A stretch of 64,000 nucleotides of DNA from Pyrinomonadaceae bacterium (GCA_046313635.1 JBKBYA010000007.1:101030-165029); one strand, 5' to 3'; counted from the first letter of the stretch, positions 45,190 to 56,429 are shown. Notes: generated from the sequence alone by a model not told the origin. Numbers and translations: made by a program.

Positions 45190-45519
45190 CGCTGCTGTTC
45201 CTGCCCGATGAAACAGCGAGCCACCTCGACGAGCGAGAACTCGGCCCCGATCGGGAAGGGTTGCTGCTGTCCTTGTGACACGAAATGCAAGGATGGTAAC
45301 TCCGTATGAAGTGATCGGGATCACTCTTATCCCATTGAAGTAGGGGCGACTTTGTTCGCCCCTAATCTTTTGGAGCGCCTCCCGGCTGAAGGAAGGGCGC
45401 TTCACCTTTTCGGTCTCACTGATACCAAGGCCGCCATCGCACTCCGCGCGAAAGCCCACCTAAATCGGGGTACTAAAGCGTGTCCGACTAGAGGCTTCGC
45501 TGGAGAACCATAAATGGGC

Positions 45520-45551
45520 TTGACTCAATACGCGACTACAGGGTTTATCAT
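45520..45551 (+). promoter_or_regulatory. MerR-type promoter/operator with a 20-bp spacer
   Basis: TTGACT-N20-TATCAT; right half-site GACTACAGGGT. Confidence 0.72.
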
Positions 45552-45604
45552 TGAATGGTAACCAGAATTGCGCTGGGAATTTGTGTAACAGGGGGACAAA
45601 AACT

Positions 45605-46129
45605 ATGGCGATAAGGAAAAACACGGCGACGACGATCGTTGGTCGCACTGATCGGCTTTCGCCCCGGACTTCGATGAAGATCGGCGAGGTTTCACAGGAA
45701 TCGGGGGTAGGCGTCGAGGCCTTGAGATTCTACGAGCGCAGCGGGCTTCTGGGGAGACCCGCACGTTCGCAGAGCGGCTACCGGCTTTACGACGAGGGGG
45801 TGCTGGAGCGCCTCGCGTTCATCCGGAAGGCGCAATTCCTCGGTTTCTCGCTCGACGAGATCCGGCACATCATCAGCGACGCCGAGAAGGGCGCGAGCCC
45901 GTGCGACAATGTCCGGGCGATCGTGCGGCGGCGCCTCGCGGAGGTGTCGGAGCGTATCAAGGAAATGCAGCGGCACCACCGGGAACTTACGCGCACTCTG
46001 GAAGAATGGGACGAGGTGGGCCGGGCACCGGGCAATATATGCGGTCTTATCGAAGGCACTCAGATGCAAAACCCATCGCCGACTAGCGTGCGCGTCACGC
46101 CGAAAAAGCAGAGAAAAAAGACGGCGTAG
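45605..46129 (+). CDS. MerR-family heavy-metal regulator
   Basis: MKIGEVS..LRFYERSGLL, GYRLY, LGFSLDEI; Cys only in SPC and ICG. Confidence 0.92.
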   Translation: MAIRKNTATTIVGRTDRLSPRTSMKIGEVSQESGVGVEALRFYERSGLLGRPARSQSGYRLYDEGVLERLAFIRKAQFLGFSLDEIRHIISDAEKGASPCDNVRAIVRRRLAEVSERIKEMQRHHRELTRTLEEWDEVGRAPGNICGLIEGTQMQNPSPTSVRVTPKKQRKKTA

Positions 46130-46158
46130 ATTCTTTTCACATTTCTAGAAAAAAGGGC

Positions 46159-46190
46159 TTGACACTGTACTTGACTACAGAGAATAGACT
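46159..46190 (+). promoter_or_regulatory. MerR-type promoter/operator for copZ-copA
   Basis: TTGACA-N20-TAGACT; dyad CTGTA-N6-TACAG. Confidence 0.85.
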
Positions 46191-46246
46191 TTATCTATCG
46201 GGCGATTTTTCCCGAAATTATTACTGAGATCAATGAGGTATCAAAA

Positions 46247-46495
46247 ATGAAAGTAGCTAACGAATCAACGAGCGAGCCGCGAAAGAATGACAATGGTTTC
46301 ACGACGGTGACGGCTCCGGAAATAGTCTGCGGCGGCTGTGCGAGTTCGATCACGAAAGCGTTCGCGGACGTCGAGGGCGTGTCCGCGGTCGAGGTGGATG
46401 TACAGACGAAAAGGGTGACGGTGCACCACGACCAGGCGACCTCGCGGGAAAAGATCGTCGAGGTGCTCGATCGCGCCGGTTATTCGGCGGAGTGA
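46247..46495 (+). CDS. copZ: HMA-domain metal chaperone
   Basis: IVCGGC..V.GVSAVEVD..AGY. Confidence 0.85.
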   Translation: MKVANESTSEPRKNDNGFTTVTAPEIVCGGCASSITKAFADVEGVSAVEVDVQTKRVTVHHDQATSREKIVEVLDRAGYSAE

Positions 46496-46545
46496 GCGTA
46501 CTTGATCGCGGTGCTGGTGGATCCGCGGGTGAACGGGAGGGATAA

Positions 46546-49290
46546 ATGATTACGACGAAAACGATCGACCCGGTGTGCGGGATGGAGATCGATCCGGCGA
46601 CCGCGGCGGGGCGGAGCGAGTACGAAGGCGAAACGTTCCACTTCTGTTCCCCCGCGTGCAAGGAGAAATTCGACGCGGCACCGGAAGAATTCGCGGGTGC
46701 GAAGGAGGTCGAGAGCGTAGGCGGCAACAAGGAAGTTAGCAATGGGTTGACCACCAAACAAGCCACGGACGGAACGCACAACGACCATTCGCTTCCGGAT
46801 GGTGCGGGCCAACGGGTCGACCTGCCGATTACGGGGATGACCTGCGCGGCGTGTGCGAACCGGATCGAGAAGCAGCTGAAAAAGCAGCCGGGGGTGGACG
46901 CTTGCTCGGTCAACTTCGCCACCGCGAAGGCGACCGTCAATTACGACCCAGCCAAGACAAATGTCGCCGCCCTGGTGCAGACCGTCAAAGACACCGGCTA
47001 CGACACGGCTGGGACGGCACGCGCGGAGTTTGTGGTCGACGATTCCGCGCGTCCATCCGGCTCGGGCATCCCTCTTGAAAATCATTTGATGAAACTGGGT
47101 GGCGTCGTAAAGGCGGGTTTCAACCTCGCCACGACGACCGTCGCGGTCGACTATTTACCCAGTTCCGCGGACGTGAAAGGGATTCGGGCGGCGATCGAGG
47201 ACTTCGGCTACAAGGTTCGCGAAGTGTCCGGGAATTCCGACGGGGGAGAGGATTCGCTCGAACACGCCCACGCGGAGGAGTACCGAGATCTGAAGAAGAA
47301 GTTCTGGATCGCGGCGGTGCTCTCGCTGCCCGTGCTGATCATCGCGATGTCGCACGGGACCATCGAGTTTCTCGACTTTCCCGGCGTCAACTGGCTGCAG
47401 TTGGCGCTGACCGTCCCTGTCGTTTTTTACTGCGGGGCCCAATTTTACCGCGGCGCTTGGGCGGCATTCCGGCACCGGGCGGCTGACATGAACACCCTGA
47501 TCGCGGTAGGGACCGGGGCGGCATTCATATATTCGGTCCTCGCGACCGCGTTCCCCTCGTTTTTCATGACCGCGACGCACGAAGCAATGGGCGGGGTGGC
47601 CGGAACGATGGCGGTGCCGGTTTATTTCGAGGCGGCGAGCGTGATCATCGCCCTGATCCTGCTCGGGCGGATGCTCGAAGCGAGGGCGAAGGGCCGCACC
47701 GGCGAGGCGATCAAAAAGCTCGTCGGCCTGCAGGCGAAAACCGCCCGCGTGATCCGCGACGGGCGCGAGATCGAGATCGAAACCGAGGAGGTCGTTCCGG
47801 ACGACATCGTCCTGGTGCGACCGGGCGACAAGATTCCCGTCGATGGTGTGTTGACGGAAGGTTCGTCGGCGGTCGACGAGTCGATGCTCACGGGCGAGTC
47901 TATCCCGGTTGAAAAGAAGGTCGGGGACGAAATCTTCGGCGCAACGATCAACAAGACGGGAGCCTTTTCCTTCCGGGCGACGAAGGTGGGCAAAGACACG
48001 GCACTGCAGCAGATCGTCCGGCTCGTGCAGGACGCGCAGGGGTCCAAGCCGCCCATCGCAAAGCTCGCGGACACGATCAGCGGGATATTCACCCCTATCG
48101 TGATCTCCGTCGCGATCGCGACGTTCGTGGTGTGGTTCGTCGCTGCCTCGCCGGAGGTGCGGTTCGCGATGGCTCTGGTGAATTTCGTTTCGGTGCTGAT
48201 CATCGCGTGCCCGTGTGCGCTCGGCCTCGCGACGCCGACGGCGATCATGGTCGGCACGGGCCGCGGCGCAGAGAACGGCATATTGATCAAGGGCGGCGAC
48301 AGCCTGGAGACCGCTCACAAGCTCGACACGATCGTCCTCGACAAGACCGGCACGATCACCAAGGGCGAACCGGCTCTCACGGATATAGTCGCGGCCGACG
48401 GTTTCGCGGAGAACGAGTTTCTAAGAATAGTCGCGTCCGCCGAAAGGCAAAGCGAACATCCGCTTGCCGCCGCGATCGTGCGCGGCGCAGAGGAACGCGG
48501 GTTGGATTTTGCCAAACCGGAAAGCTTCAACGCCCTCGAAGGGCGCGGGATCGAATCGCGGGTCGCTGGCAAAGATCTGCTGCTCGGGAACGTGCGACTG
48601 ATGAACGAACGGAAAATCGGACTCAACGGCGCAGAGACGACGGCGGAGAAACTTGCAACGGAGGGCAAAACGCCGATGTTCGCGGTGATCGACGGCAAGT
48701 TCGCCGGCGTGGTCGCCGTAGCCGACACCATCAAACCGGAATCAGCGGAAGCGATTGCCTCGCTGCGAAAGCTGGGGCTGGAAGTCGTTATGATGACCGG
48801 CGACAACCGCCGAACTGCAGAAGCGGTAGCGAGCGAGGTGGGGATCATCCGCGTGCTCGCGGAGGTGCTGCCGGAAGGCAAATCGGGCGAGATCAAACGC
48901 TTGCAGTCCGAGAAGAAACTGGTGGGGATGGTCGGGGACGGCATCAATGACGCTCCCGCTCTCGCGCAGGCGGACGTTGGGATCGCCATCGGCACGGGAA
49001 CGGACGTCGCGATCGAGGCGAGCGACATAACACTGATCAAGGGCGATCTGCGCGGGGTGGTCACCGCGATCGGGTTGTCGAAGGCGACGATCCGTTCGGT
49101 CAAACAAAATTTGTTCTGGGCTTTCATCTACAACGTGATCGGGATCCCCATTGCGGCGGGGTTGCTATACCCGCTCACAGGTTGGCTGCTCTCGCCGATC
49201 ATCGCTTCGGCGGCGATGTCGCTTTCTTCGGTCTCGGTGGTGGCGAACAGCTTGCGACTGCGCAAATTCGGCGCGCCGGTGGTTGGCTAA
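46546..49290 (+). CDS. copA: Cu(I)-translocating P1B-1 ATPase with N-terminal YHS and HMA domains
   Basis: DPVCGM..FCS..C, GMTCAAC, CPC, DKTGT, YN, MSLSS. Confidence 0.96.
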   Translation: MITTKTIDPVCGMEIDPATAAGRSEYEGETFHFCSPACKEKFDAAPEEFAGAKEVESVGGNKEVSNGLTTKQATDGTHNDHSLPDGAGQRVDLPITGMTCAACANRIEKQLKKQPGVDACSVNFATAKATVNYDPAKTNVAALVQTVKDTGYDTAGTARAEFVVDDSARPSGSGIPLENHLMKLGGVVKAGFNLATTTVAVDYLPSSADVKGIRAAIEDFGYKVREVSGNSDGGEDSLEHAHAEEYRDLKKKFWIAAVLSLPVLIIAMSHGTIEFLDFPGVNWLQLALTVPVVFYCGAQFYRGAWAAFRHRAADMNTLIAVGTGAAFIYSVLATAFPSFFMTATHEAMGGVAGTMAVPVYFEAASVIIALILLGRMLEARAKGRTGEAIKKLVGLQAKTARVIRDGREIEIETEEVVPDDIVLVRPGDKIPVDGVLTEGSSAVDESMLTGESIPVEKKVGDEIFGATINKTGAFSFRATKVGKDTALQQIVRLVQDAQGSKPPIAKLADTISGIFTPIVISVAIATFVVWFVAASPEVRFAMALVNFVSVLIIACPCALGLATPTAIMVGTGRGAENGILIKGGDSLETAHKLDTIVLDKTGTITKGEPALTDIVAADGFAENEFLRIVASAERQSEHPLAAAIVRGAEERGLDFAKPESFNALEGRGIESRVAGKDLLLGNVRLMNERKIGLNGAETTAEKLATEGKTPMFAVIDGKFAGVVAVADTIKPESAEAIASLRKLGLEVVMMTGDNRRTAEAVASEVGIIRVLAEVLPEGKSGEIKRLQSEKKLVGMVGDGINDAPALAQADVGIAIGTGTDVAIEASDITLIKGDLRGVVTAIGLSKATIRSVKQNLFWAFIYNVIGIPIAAGLLYPLTGWLLSPIIASAAMSLSSVSVVANSLRLRKFGAPVVG

Positions 49291-49307
49291 CCACTAAGAG
49301 GACTTAT

Positions 49308-49682
49308 ATGGACACAATGGAGATTGTCGTGATCGTGGGCGGCGTCGCTCTAATCGGTTTGACGCTGTGGTATTTCTTCGGTGAGCGCGAAAAGGTCGCT
49401 GCCGAAACGAACGAGACGGGCGTGCAGGAGATCAAGGTGACCGTTAAGGGCGGATACGCCCCTGACGTGATCGTGGTCAAGAAAGATGTGCCCGTGCGTC
49501 TGAATTTTTACCGTGACGAAACGTCGTCGTGCAGCGAGCAGGTGGTTTTCGGCGACTTCGGGATCGCCCGCGACCTCCCGGCTTTCAAGACCACCCCGAT
49601 CGAGTTCACCCCGGCGGAAACGGGCGAGTTCACGTTCGCGTGCGGGATGAACATGCTCCGGGGGAAGCTGATCGTGCAGTAG
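49308..49682 (+). CDS. Membrane-anchored cupredoxin-domain protein (CupA-like)
   Basis: GGYAPDVIVV..SSCSEQVVF..FACGMNMLRG. Confidence 0.88.
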   Translation: MDTMEIVVIVGGVALIGLTLWYFFGEREKVAAETNETGVQEIKVTVKGGYAPDVIVVKKDVPVRLNFYRDETSSCSEQVVFGDFGIARDLPAFKTTPIEFTPAETGEFTFACGMNMLRGKLIVQ

Positions 49683-49844
49683 TTCGAAGAATCTCAGATG
49701 AAGTTGCGCCTGCTTGATAACAGACAGGTGTGTTCGATAGCGGGCGCTTTTCCAGGTTCGATTGTGCGATCGCCGGGTTCTTTAAAACGGTGTTTCTACT
49801 AGGTTTACCTGCGCTTGGGGCTGGATAGCAACGGCCTTCTGCCG

Positions 49845-49860
49845 AGGCACACTCATTGCA
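49845..49860 (+). promoter_or_regulatory. sigma54-type promoter for the second RND operon
   Basis: AGGCACACTCATTGCA (GG-N10-GC). Confidence 0.58.
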
Positions 49861-49901
49861 CTAATCGTGGGATTACCAACCTGGTCGTTTAGGAGGATTG
49901 C

Positions 49902-50534
49902 GTGAAGGAGAAATTTGGAAAAAGGTTGAAGGCCCGGCTGGCGGCGTTACTTTGCGTTCTGGCGATCGGCTCGCCGGCCGGAGTGGTGCAGGTCTCGGCT
50001 CACGGTGGAGAGGATCATGGCGATCAGAAGCCGAAAACCGAGACGACCGCCAAAGGCGCGGTCCTCAGAACGACCCGCCTCAGCGATTTCGAGGTCACGG
50101 TGAAGCACCCGCCTCTGGAGCCGGGCACGATCGCCCATGGAAGTTTGTTCGTGACCAGGTATGCCACTAATGAACCCGTCGACGCGGGTAACGTTCAGGT
50201 GGCCCTCGAGGCGCCGGGCGGTTCGATCTCCGAAGTCGCCGTCGCGAAATCCGCTACGGCCGGAAGCTACGCTCTCGACATCCCTGCCCTCACCGATGGG
50301 GGATACACGCTCCGCGTAACGTTAACGGTCGGCGGTAAAGCGAGCACCGCTACTTTCTCTGGCGTCGAGGTGCTCAACGGAGCGCCCGCGGCCGGTGCCG
50401 CTGCGTCCTGGTCAGGCTTTTTGTTGACCTCGATTTTCCTGATCGTGGGAATCGGCCTTTTTGCGGCCCTCGTTTACCTGTCGGTGCGGGTCGCGGGGCG
50501 CCGGACGCTCAGGGAGGAGACCGTTTCCGCGTGA
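49902..50534 (+). CDS. Exported His-motif protein with an Ig-like domain and C-terminal TM helix
   Basis: Signal peptide then AHGGEDHGD; AGGAGG RBS. Confidence 0.75.
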   Translation: MKEKFGKRLKARLAALLCVLAIGSPAGVVQVSAHGGEDHGDQKPKTETTAKGAVLRTTRLSDFEVTVKHPPLEPGTIAHGSLFVTRYATNEPVDAGNVQVALEAPGGSISEVAVAKSATAGSYALDIPALTDGGYTLRVTLTVGGKASTATFSGVEVLNGAPAAGAAASWSGFLLTSIFLIVGIGLFAALVYLSVRVAGRRTLREETVSA

Positions 50535-52111
50535 GAACATTTCTCGTTCCACAATTCTTAGATTTTTTTTCGAACCGGGGAAGTTTCAAGGTGAAGGCAT
50601 CAAGACGCGTTTGGACGTGGGGGGCGCCCCTCTTTTTTCTGACCGTTCCGGTCCTTGCACAGCAGCAACCCATTCTTGTGCCGACTCAGCCGGCCGTTAA
50701 GCTCAGCTCCGTGGAGTCGGTCGCTCAGGATGGCCTGCCCGTCGAACGATTGATCTCGCTCGGTGCGAGCCGTCGTGCGGATCTCTTGGCGGCTCGACAA
50801 AGGCTGGCCGTCGCGGAGGGGCGGCTGCAGCAGGCGCGGCTTCGCCCCAATCCGACCTTGGACGCAGAATACGGATCACCTCGATTTTTGGGCGGTGAGG
50901 CGGAAAGCGATTTCTCGGTCGGCGTCACGCAGGTTTTCGAACTCGGCAGGAAACGCAGCCGCCGCGCGGCGGTCGCGGAGCTCGAGCTGAATCAGATACG
51001 CGCAGAGGTCGCCGCGCTGGAGCGGGAGTTGGCAATCGGCATCCGCTCGGCGTACATCGCCGCGATCGCGTCCGCCCGGCAGCTAGACGTGCTTGAGAGA
51101 TTGATCGCCGGGAATGAGGAATTGGTTCGGGCGACCGACGCGAGGTTGAAAGAAGGCGACGTTGCACCGCTGGATCTTAACTTGGTAAGGGTCGAGAACG
51201 ACAGGCTCAAGGTGCAGGCGATCCAGGCGCGCGGGGAACTCGATACGCAGCTTTTACAGCTGCGAACGCTCATTGGGGCGGACATAGCGGAGCCTCTGCG
51301 GATCGCGCCGCAGCCTGACCGTCCGCCGCGCTTCGACACGGGATTGAACGAACTGACCGAGATCGCCCTTCGGGAACGATCGGATCTCCGGGCTGCTCGG
51401 ATCGGCGAGGAGCTTGGCTCGGCACGTATAAATCTGGCGCGCGCGAACGCAGTCCCGAACGTTTCGGCGGGAATCAGATACTCACGCACGAAGGGGATCG
51501 TCGATCTGCCCGGGCCGGTCAACGGCCGCGATTTCGCGACCGATCTAGACAACGAGCTTACTTTCGGGGTGTCGATCGACATCCCCGTCTTCAATCGCAA
51601 TCAGGGCGAGATTGCCTCCGCGACCGGCGAACGGCTTCAAGCCACGCGCCAGCGCGAGTTTCTCGAAACCACGATCAAACGCGACGTCGCCGTCGCGTTT
51701 CGCAAATACCGCGCCGCCGCCGAGGCTCTGGTGCTCAGCACTACGCAGATAATCCCGAGGTCGGAGGCGAACCTGCAAACGGTCCGCGCGGCGTACGGGG
51801 CCGGTGAGTTCTCGATCTTCGAGGTGGTCAACGAACAGCGGCGGTTGACGGAGAGCGTGACCACGCTGAACCAGGTGACGCGGGATTATTACAACGCCCT
51901 GACGGAACTGGAAACTGCAATCGGCCGCGAGCTGCCCGCGACGGGGTTTGCACCGAGCAGTTCCGTTCTGCCGGATGAACGGTTGAAACTGTCGCCGGAA
52001 GATCGGGCGAAGTTTCTCAAATCGATCCGGGATGTAGCGCCGAAAAACGATTTTGATGTGCTGAAGGGTCAGCAAACCCTATCTACGAAACAGGAGAAAG
52101 AGAATGACTAG
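50531..52111 (+). CDS. TolC-family outer-membrane efflux protein
   Basis: RPNPTLD, IPVFNRNQG, AYGAGE. Confidence 0.9.
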   Translation: MRTFLVPQFLDFFSNRGSFKVKASRRVWTWGAPLFFLTVPVLAQQQPILVPTQPAVKLSSVESVAQDGLPVERLISLGASRRADLLAARQRLAVAEGRLQQARLRPNPTLDAEYGSPRFLGGEAESDFSVGVTQVFELGRKRSRRAAVAELELNQIRAEVAALERELAIGIRSAYIAAIASARQLDVLERLIAGNEELVRATDARLKEGDVAPLDLNLVRVENDRLKVQAIQARGELDTQLLQLRTLIGADIAEPLRIAPQPDRPPRFDTGLNELTEIALRERSDLRAARIGEELGSARINLARANAVPNVSAGIRYSRTKGIVDLPGPVNGRDFATDLDNELTFGVSIDIPVFNRNQGEIASATGERLQATRQREFLETTIKRDVAVAFRKYRAAAEALVLSTTQIIPRSEANLQTVRAAYGAGEFSIFEVVNEQRRLTESVTTLNQVTRDYYNALTELETAIGRELPATGFAPSSSVLPDERLKLSPEDRAKFLKSIRDVAPKNDFDVLKGQQTLSTKQEKEND

Positions 52112-52739
52112 GATGACGTTAATGACGATTACGGGGGTCGCCGTGCTGTCGGCCCTCGCGGCCGGATGCTCGACCGATTCGGTGGCAAATAACGCTACAC
52201 AAGGAACGCGGCCTGCTGCCAACACGAATGCGGCCATTGCGAATACCGCCGCGGCGAACTCGGCCCACGCTCAGACAGGCGACGAAACCCCGGCCCAGGT
52301 GAAAAGCGCATTGCCGGACGCTCAGAGCTTTACTACGCAGCACAAGGACGTTCCGCAAAATGCCATCGCGGACATCGAGAAGGATACCGGCGGCAAGGTG
52401 CCCGGGACGGACCACCATTCGTATCTCGCGTTTTCGACTGGGGGCGGAACGCGCAAGCAGATCGGAGCGGCGACCGTCGTGAAAGCGGATGGAAAAGATC
52501 TCGTGATCGTGTACGAGAACAAGGACGGATCGCCCTACATCAAGGAAGTGAAGGCAGATGGGGTTCCTGCACCTTTTCTCGCACAGTTCGCCGGAAAGGG
52601 CCACGACGACAAGTTCGCCTTCGGCACCGAGATAAAAGCCAACGGCGTGGACGAGGCCGCGGCGAAGGCGATCACGACGGCCGTTAAGGTCGATGTGTTG
52701 ACGATGCAGGCGCTTTACGGCAAGGCACATACCCACTAA
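52104..52739 (+). CDS. Lipoprotein, possibly with an FMN-binding-like fold
   Basis: Lipobox LAAGC; FLAQFAGK; C-terminal HTH residues. Confidence 0.7.
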   Translation: MTRMTLMTITGVAVLSALAAGCSTDSVANNATQGTRPAANTNAAIANTAAANSAHAQTGDETPAQVKSALPDAQSFTTQHKDVPQNAIADIEKDTGGKVPGTDHHSYLAFSTGGGTRKQIGAATVVKADGKDLVIVYENKDGSPYIKEVKADGVPAPFLAQFAGKGHDDKFAFGTEIKANGVDEAAAKAITTAVKVDVLTMQALYGKAHTH

Positions 52740-52803
52740 ACGGAGATGAAGGCGGAGCGTAGGGTGTGTGCCTTTTGCACCCGCTCGAAAGTCCTACGAA
52801 ACA

Positions 52804-54789
52804 ATGAAACTCGCGCTGTACCGATCTAAATTATTCCGACTGCCGGCGACCGTGGTGGTCATCGTGGCGTCGCTTTTGGGTGTCGTGCTCGCGAATGGTG
52901 AAGACGATCACGGCCCGCCCGCGTCCGCTTCGTCGGCCGCCGCGACTGGAACGATCGCGGTCGCGCGTGCCGAGCGGAACATCGACACCGACTCAGGGAA
53001 GTTTCTCGTGCGCATCGAGCGGTACCCGGCCGATCCGAGGGAAGGCGAGCTCGTTCAGATCGCCGTGAGGGTGCTGGAGAAAGTGGAGGGCGGCTTCGGC
53101 GCGAACGAGCCGATCGCGATCGAAGACGCCGTTGTTTCCATCACCGTGACGACCGCGGACGGCGGAAGCGTCGCCGCGAACGTCCCCGCGATCTTCGAAA
53201 AAGGCTTTTACCGCGCCGATCATTCCTTCGCGGGCGACGGGGATTTCAAGATCGTAGCCAACGTCGCCACCAAAGACAATCGGACATTTTCGGCCGACTT
53301 TCCGGTCAGCGTCGCGAACGCCCCAATCCGTTGGAGTTTCTGGTTGGGGCTGTTGATCCTAAGTCTCGTCAGTTTCGGAACGGTCGGGGCCGTTTATTAC
53401 TCGATGCGCAACGTGGAGGATCGGGGAGCGAAAATGAGACGGCTTGCCCCGGTCACGGCGCTTGCACTTCTTTTTTTCGCGTTCGGGGTCGTCGCGTTGG
53501 CCTATCTTTCCCCGCCCCGCGAAACGCGGGCGATGGGGAATTTCGTCCCGAGCGGCGAGGCCGCGACTAACGCGGCCGACACCGGAACGTTGTCAGTTTT
53601 GACCATCCCGAAAGAGTCCCAGCTTCTTTTCGGCATAAAGACCGAACCCGTCTCCACGCGACGGATCACGAGCGGCATGAACGTCACCGGAACGGTGCGA
53701 TCGCGCCCCGATGCCCGTGCCGTTATCGTGCCTCCGGTAGCTGGGCGTGTCGTCCTTCGCGAGGGGTTGTCGCTCGGAGCGGCGGTCGGACGCGGGGAGC
53801 AGATCGGTTACGTAGAGCAGGTGCTGGACGTTTCCGGTCAGACCGAACTCGAATCGCAACGGTTGGAGGTCGCCGCGCAGCAGCGCGAGGTGGAGGCCCG
53901 CAGACTCGAGATCCGTAATTCGGTTTTGCAACTTCAAGGGCAACAGGCCGAGCAGCGGGCGAAAGCACAGCAGTCCCGCACGCAACTCGCTCAGGCCCAG
54001 CGTGAGCTTCGAAGGGCGGCGAATTTGGTGGAGGTTGGAGCCGTCCCGGTCAAGCGTCTCGAAGAGGCCCGAACCGCCGTCAGCGTCGCCGAGCAGGATG
54101 TTTCGGCGGCCGACCAGCAGGTCCGCTCGCTCGAATCGCAGATCAGGCAGACCCGCGCAGGCGAGACGATCTTTCAATCGCCGCGGGTGAACGCGCCGTC
54201 GAGGAGTTTCCCCCTCACTTCCCCCGTGACCGGCATCGTCAACGACATCAAGGCGACGAGCGGGCAGGTGGTGGAGACCGGCGCGGAACTGATGTCGGTG
54301 GTCAATCTCTCGACCGTTCTGATCGAGGCTCAGGTTTTCGAGCGCGATCTTCCCGCGGTTCGCGAGTCCACGCGGGCGAGTTTCACCAGCGCGGCCCTGG
54401 GGGACGAGGTTTACACGGTCGGCACGCCGGACGGGGACGGGCGGCTGGTTTCAATCGGCCAAGCGGTGAACGAGCAGACTCGCACGGTGCCGGTCATCTA
54501 TGAGGTGAAGAATCCGCTGAACCGACTGAAGGACGGGATGTTCGTCGAGATCACGATCGATACGAGTGGCGAGCGGCAGGTGCTCGCGGTTCCAAAATCC
54601 GCCGTGGTGAACGAGCAGGGCCAAACGTTCGTGTTCGTCTTCGACGGCGGAGAGACTTTTAGAAAACGTGCCGTCGCGCTCGGTTCCGAGGGGGCCGACT
54701 ATTTCGAGGTGAACTCCGGTTTGGAGGAGGGCGAGCGGGTCGTCACGGAGGGGATATACCAGCTCCGCTCGACGCAGCCTTCGGCGTAA
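52804..54789 (+). CDS. RND periplasmic adaptor with an extra N-terminal exported domain and TM helices
   Basis: SPVTGIV, EAQVFERDL, TRTVPV, RLKDGMFV, GLEEGERVV. Confidence 0.88.
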   Translation: MKLALYRSKLFRLPATVVVIVASLLGVVLANGEDDHGPPASASSAAATGTIAVARAERNIDTDSGKFLVRIERYPADPREGELVQIAVRVLEKVEGGFGANEPIAIEDAVVSITVTTADGGSVAANVPAIFEKGFYRADHSFAGDGDFKIVANVATKDNRTFSADFPVSVANAPIRWSFWLGLLILSLVSFGTVGAVYYSMRNVEDRGAKMRRLAPVTALALLFFAFGVVALAYLSPPRETRAMGNFVPSGEAATNAADTGTLSVLTIPKESQLLFGIKTEPVSTRRITSGMNVTGTVRSRPDARAVIVPPVAGRVVLREGLSLGAAVGRGEQIGYVEQVLDVSGQTELESQRLEVAAQQREVEARRLEIRNSVLQLQGQQAEQRAKAQQSRTQLAQAQRELRRAANLVEVGAVPVKRLEEARTAVSVAEQDVSAADQQVRSLESQIRQTRAGETIFQSPRVNAPSRSFPLTSPVTGIVNDIKATSGQVVETGAELMSVVNLSTVLIEAQVFERDLPAVRESTRASFTSAALGDEVYTVGTPDGDGRLVSIGQAVNEQTRTVPVIYEVKNPLNRLKDGMFVEITIDTSGERQVLAVPKSAVVNEQGQTFVFVFDGGETFRKRAVALGSEGADYFEVNSGLEEGERVVTEGIYQLRSTQPSA

Positions 54790-54815
54790 CTTTAGTTGTG
54801 ATCGTTAATGAAATT

Positions 54816-56060
54816 ATGTTTACGAGAATTCTTCTAACTGTACTTTGCTTCTCGGTCTTTGCCTTTTTGCTCGCAGCGTGCGGCGGCACGGCCGCCACCT
54901 CGACTGCGGAAAGCCAAAACACCGCGAGTGGGCACGACATGTCTACGCATAACGGTACCACGACCGAACTCGGTCGAGCTTTCAAAGCCGATTTCACTAG
55001 CGAGCCCGGAACGATCCAGGCTGGCGCACCGGCGACGCTGACATTCACAGTGAAGGACAAGCAAGGTACGACCGTGAAGGACTTGCAGATCGTCCACGAG
55101 AAGCCGATGCACCTTTTGATCGTTTCCAAGGACTTGGCCGAGTTCTACCATGTCCATCCGGAGCAATCGGCGGATGGCTCATACCGCGTGCAGCACACGT
55201 TCCCGAACGGCGGAGACTACAAACTGTACGCCGATTTCACTCCGAAAGATTCCGTGCAGGTGGTCGAGCAAGTTGACGTCAAAGTTGCGGGAACCGAACG
55301 GGCGAAAGTTCCGCTCTTAGCCGATACGAGTCTCATGAAAACCGAGAACGGTTTGAAGGTCGTGATGAAACCGGACGGTGAACTGAAAGGCGGGGCCGAA
55401 GTGATGCTCAATTTCCAAACGTTCGACGCGGCCAGCGGGAAACCCGCGACCGATCTGCAGAACTACCTAGGCGAGCTAGCCCACTTCGTCATCATCAGCG
55501 AGGACATGAAAGATTTCGTTCACGCGCACCCGATGTCGAAGGGGGAGCACGACAAGGGGGGTAAAACGGAACCGGGCGGCGAGCACAACGCTGACGGGCA
55601 CCAGCATTCTACGATGGAGGGCACGACCGTAAAGCCGAGCGCGTCGGAAGTCGCCGCCCACACTTCCTTTCCACGCTCCGGTCTATACAAGATCTGGGCG
55701 CAATTCCAACGCGGCGGGCAGGTAATAACGGTGCCGTTCGTGGTAGATATCGCCCCCGGTGAGCGGCGAGCCGAACTGAACCCCGCGGACGTTCCGGCCG
55801 GCGCGACATTGATCACGCTTTCCGCGAACGGTTACGAGCCAGCTTCGGTCACGGTGAATAAGGGGCAGCTTGTCAAACTCGCATTCTACCGGACGGACGC
55901 GGACAACTGCGGCGGCGAGGTTGTGTTCGCGTCCCGAAGGATCACGAAGAAGCTGCCGGTCGGCAAGCCCGTCGTGGTTGAGTTTACACCCGAAACGGCC
56001 GGCGAGATCGCGTTCGCATGCGGGATGGGGATGTACAAGGGGAAACTGATCGTGCAGTAA
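54816..56060 (+). CDS. His-rich metal-binding lipoprotein with a C-terminal cupredoxin domain
   Basis: Lipobox LAAC; HEKPMHL, YHVHP, HAHP repeats; FACGMGMYKG. Confidence 0.85.
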   Translation: MFTRILLTVLCFSVFAFLLAACGGTAATSTAESQNTASGHDMSTHNGTTTELGRAFKADFTSEPGTIQAGAPATLTFTVKDKQGTTVKDLQIVHEKPMHLLIVSKDLAEFYHVHPEQSADGSYRVQHTFPNGGDYKLYADFTPKDSVQVVEQVDVKVAGTERAKVPLLADTSLMKTENGLKVVMKPDGELKGGAEVMLNFQTFDAASGKPATDLQNYLGELAHFVIISEDMKDFVHAHPMSKGEHDKGGKTEPGGEHNADGHQHSTMEGTTVKPSASEVAAHTSFPRSGLYKIWAQFQRGGQVITVPFVVDIAPGERRAELNPADVPAGATLITLSANGYEPASVTVNKGQLVKLAFYRTDADNCGGEVVFASRRITKKLPVGKPVVVEFTPETAGEIAFACGMGMYKGKLIVQ

Positions 56061-56087
56061 GAAATCAAACAGGAGACACACAACAAA

Positions 56088-56429
56088 ATGAGAATCGCTA
56101 AATCTGCGGCCGCCTGCCTGCTCGTCTTCGCGTTCACCGTATCAAGCATAGAGGCTCACCCGAAAACGGTTCGCATCAGCGTGACAAAGAAGGGCTTCAG
56201 CAGCAGTTCGATAAGTGCCGAGGTCGGGTCGCCGTTGACGCTGATCTTCACCCGGCGCTCGAAGGAGGGCTGCGGCAACAAGGTGGTATTCCCGTCGCTC
56301 GGGATAACGAAAAACTTGCCGGTCGGCAAGGCCGTCACCGTCAAGTTCACGCCCCGACAGGAAGGAACTATCAGCTTCACCTGCGGAATGGGTATGTATA
56401 AGGGCAGCATCGTTGCGGCCGAGCATTAA
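56088..56429 (+). CDS. Exported cupredoxin-domain protein
   Basis: Signal peptide; GCGNKVVFP..FTCGMGMYKG. Confidence 0.87.
   Translation: MRIAKSAAACLLVFAFTVSSIEAHPKTVRISVTKKGFSSSSISAEVGSPLTLIFTRRSKEGCGNKVVFPSLGITKNLPVGKAVTVKFTPRQEGTISFTCGMGMYKGSIVAAEH

Noticed and set aside
46493..46495. Read-through at other TGA stops (copZ, PII, methyltransferase, rnhA)
   Set aside because: These domains are complete at the stop, and none of the stops is in a redox-Cys context
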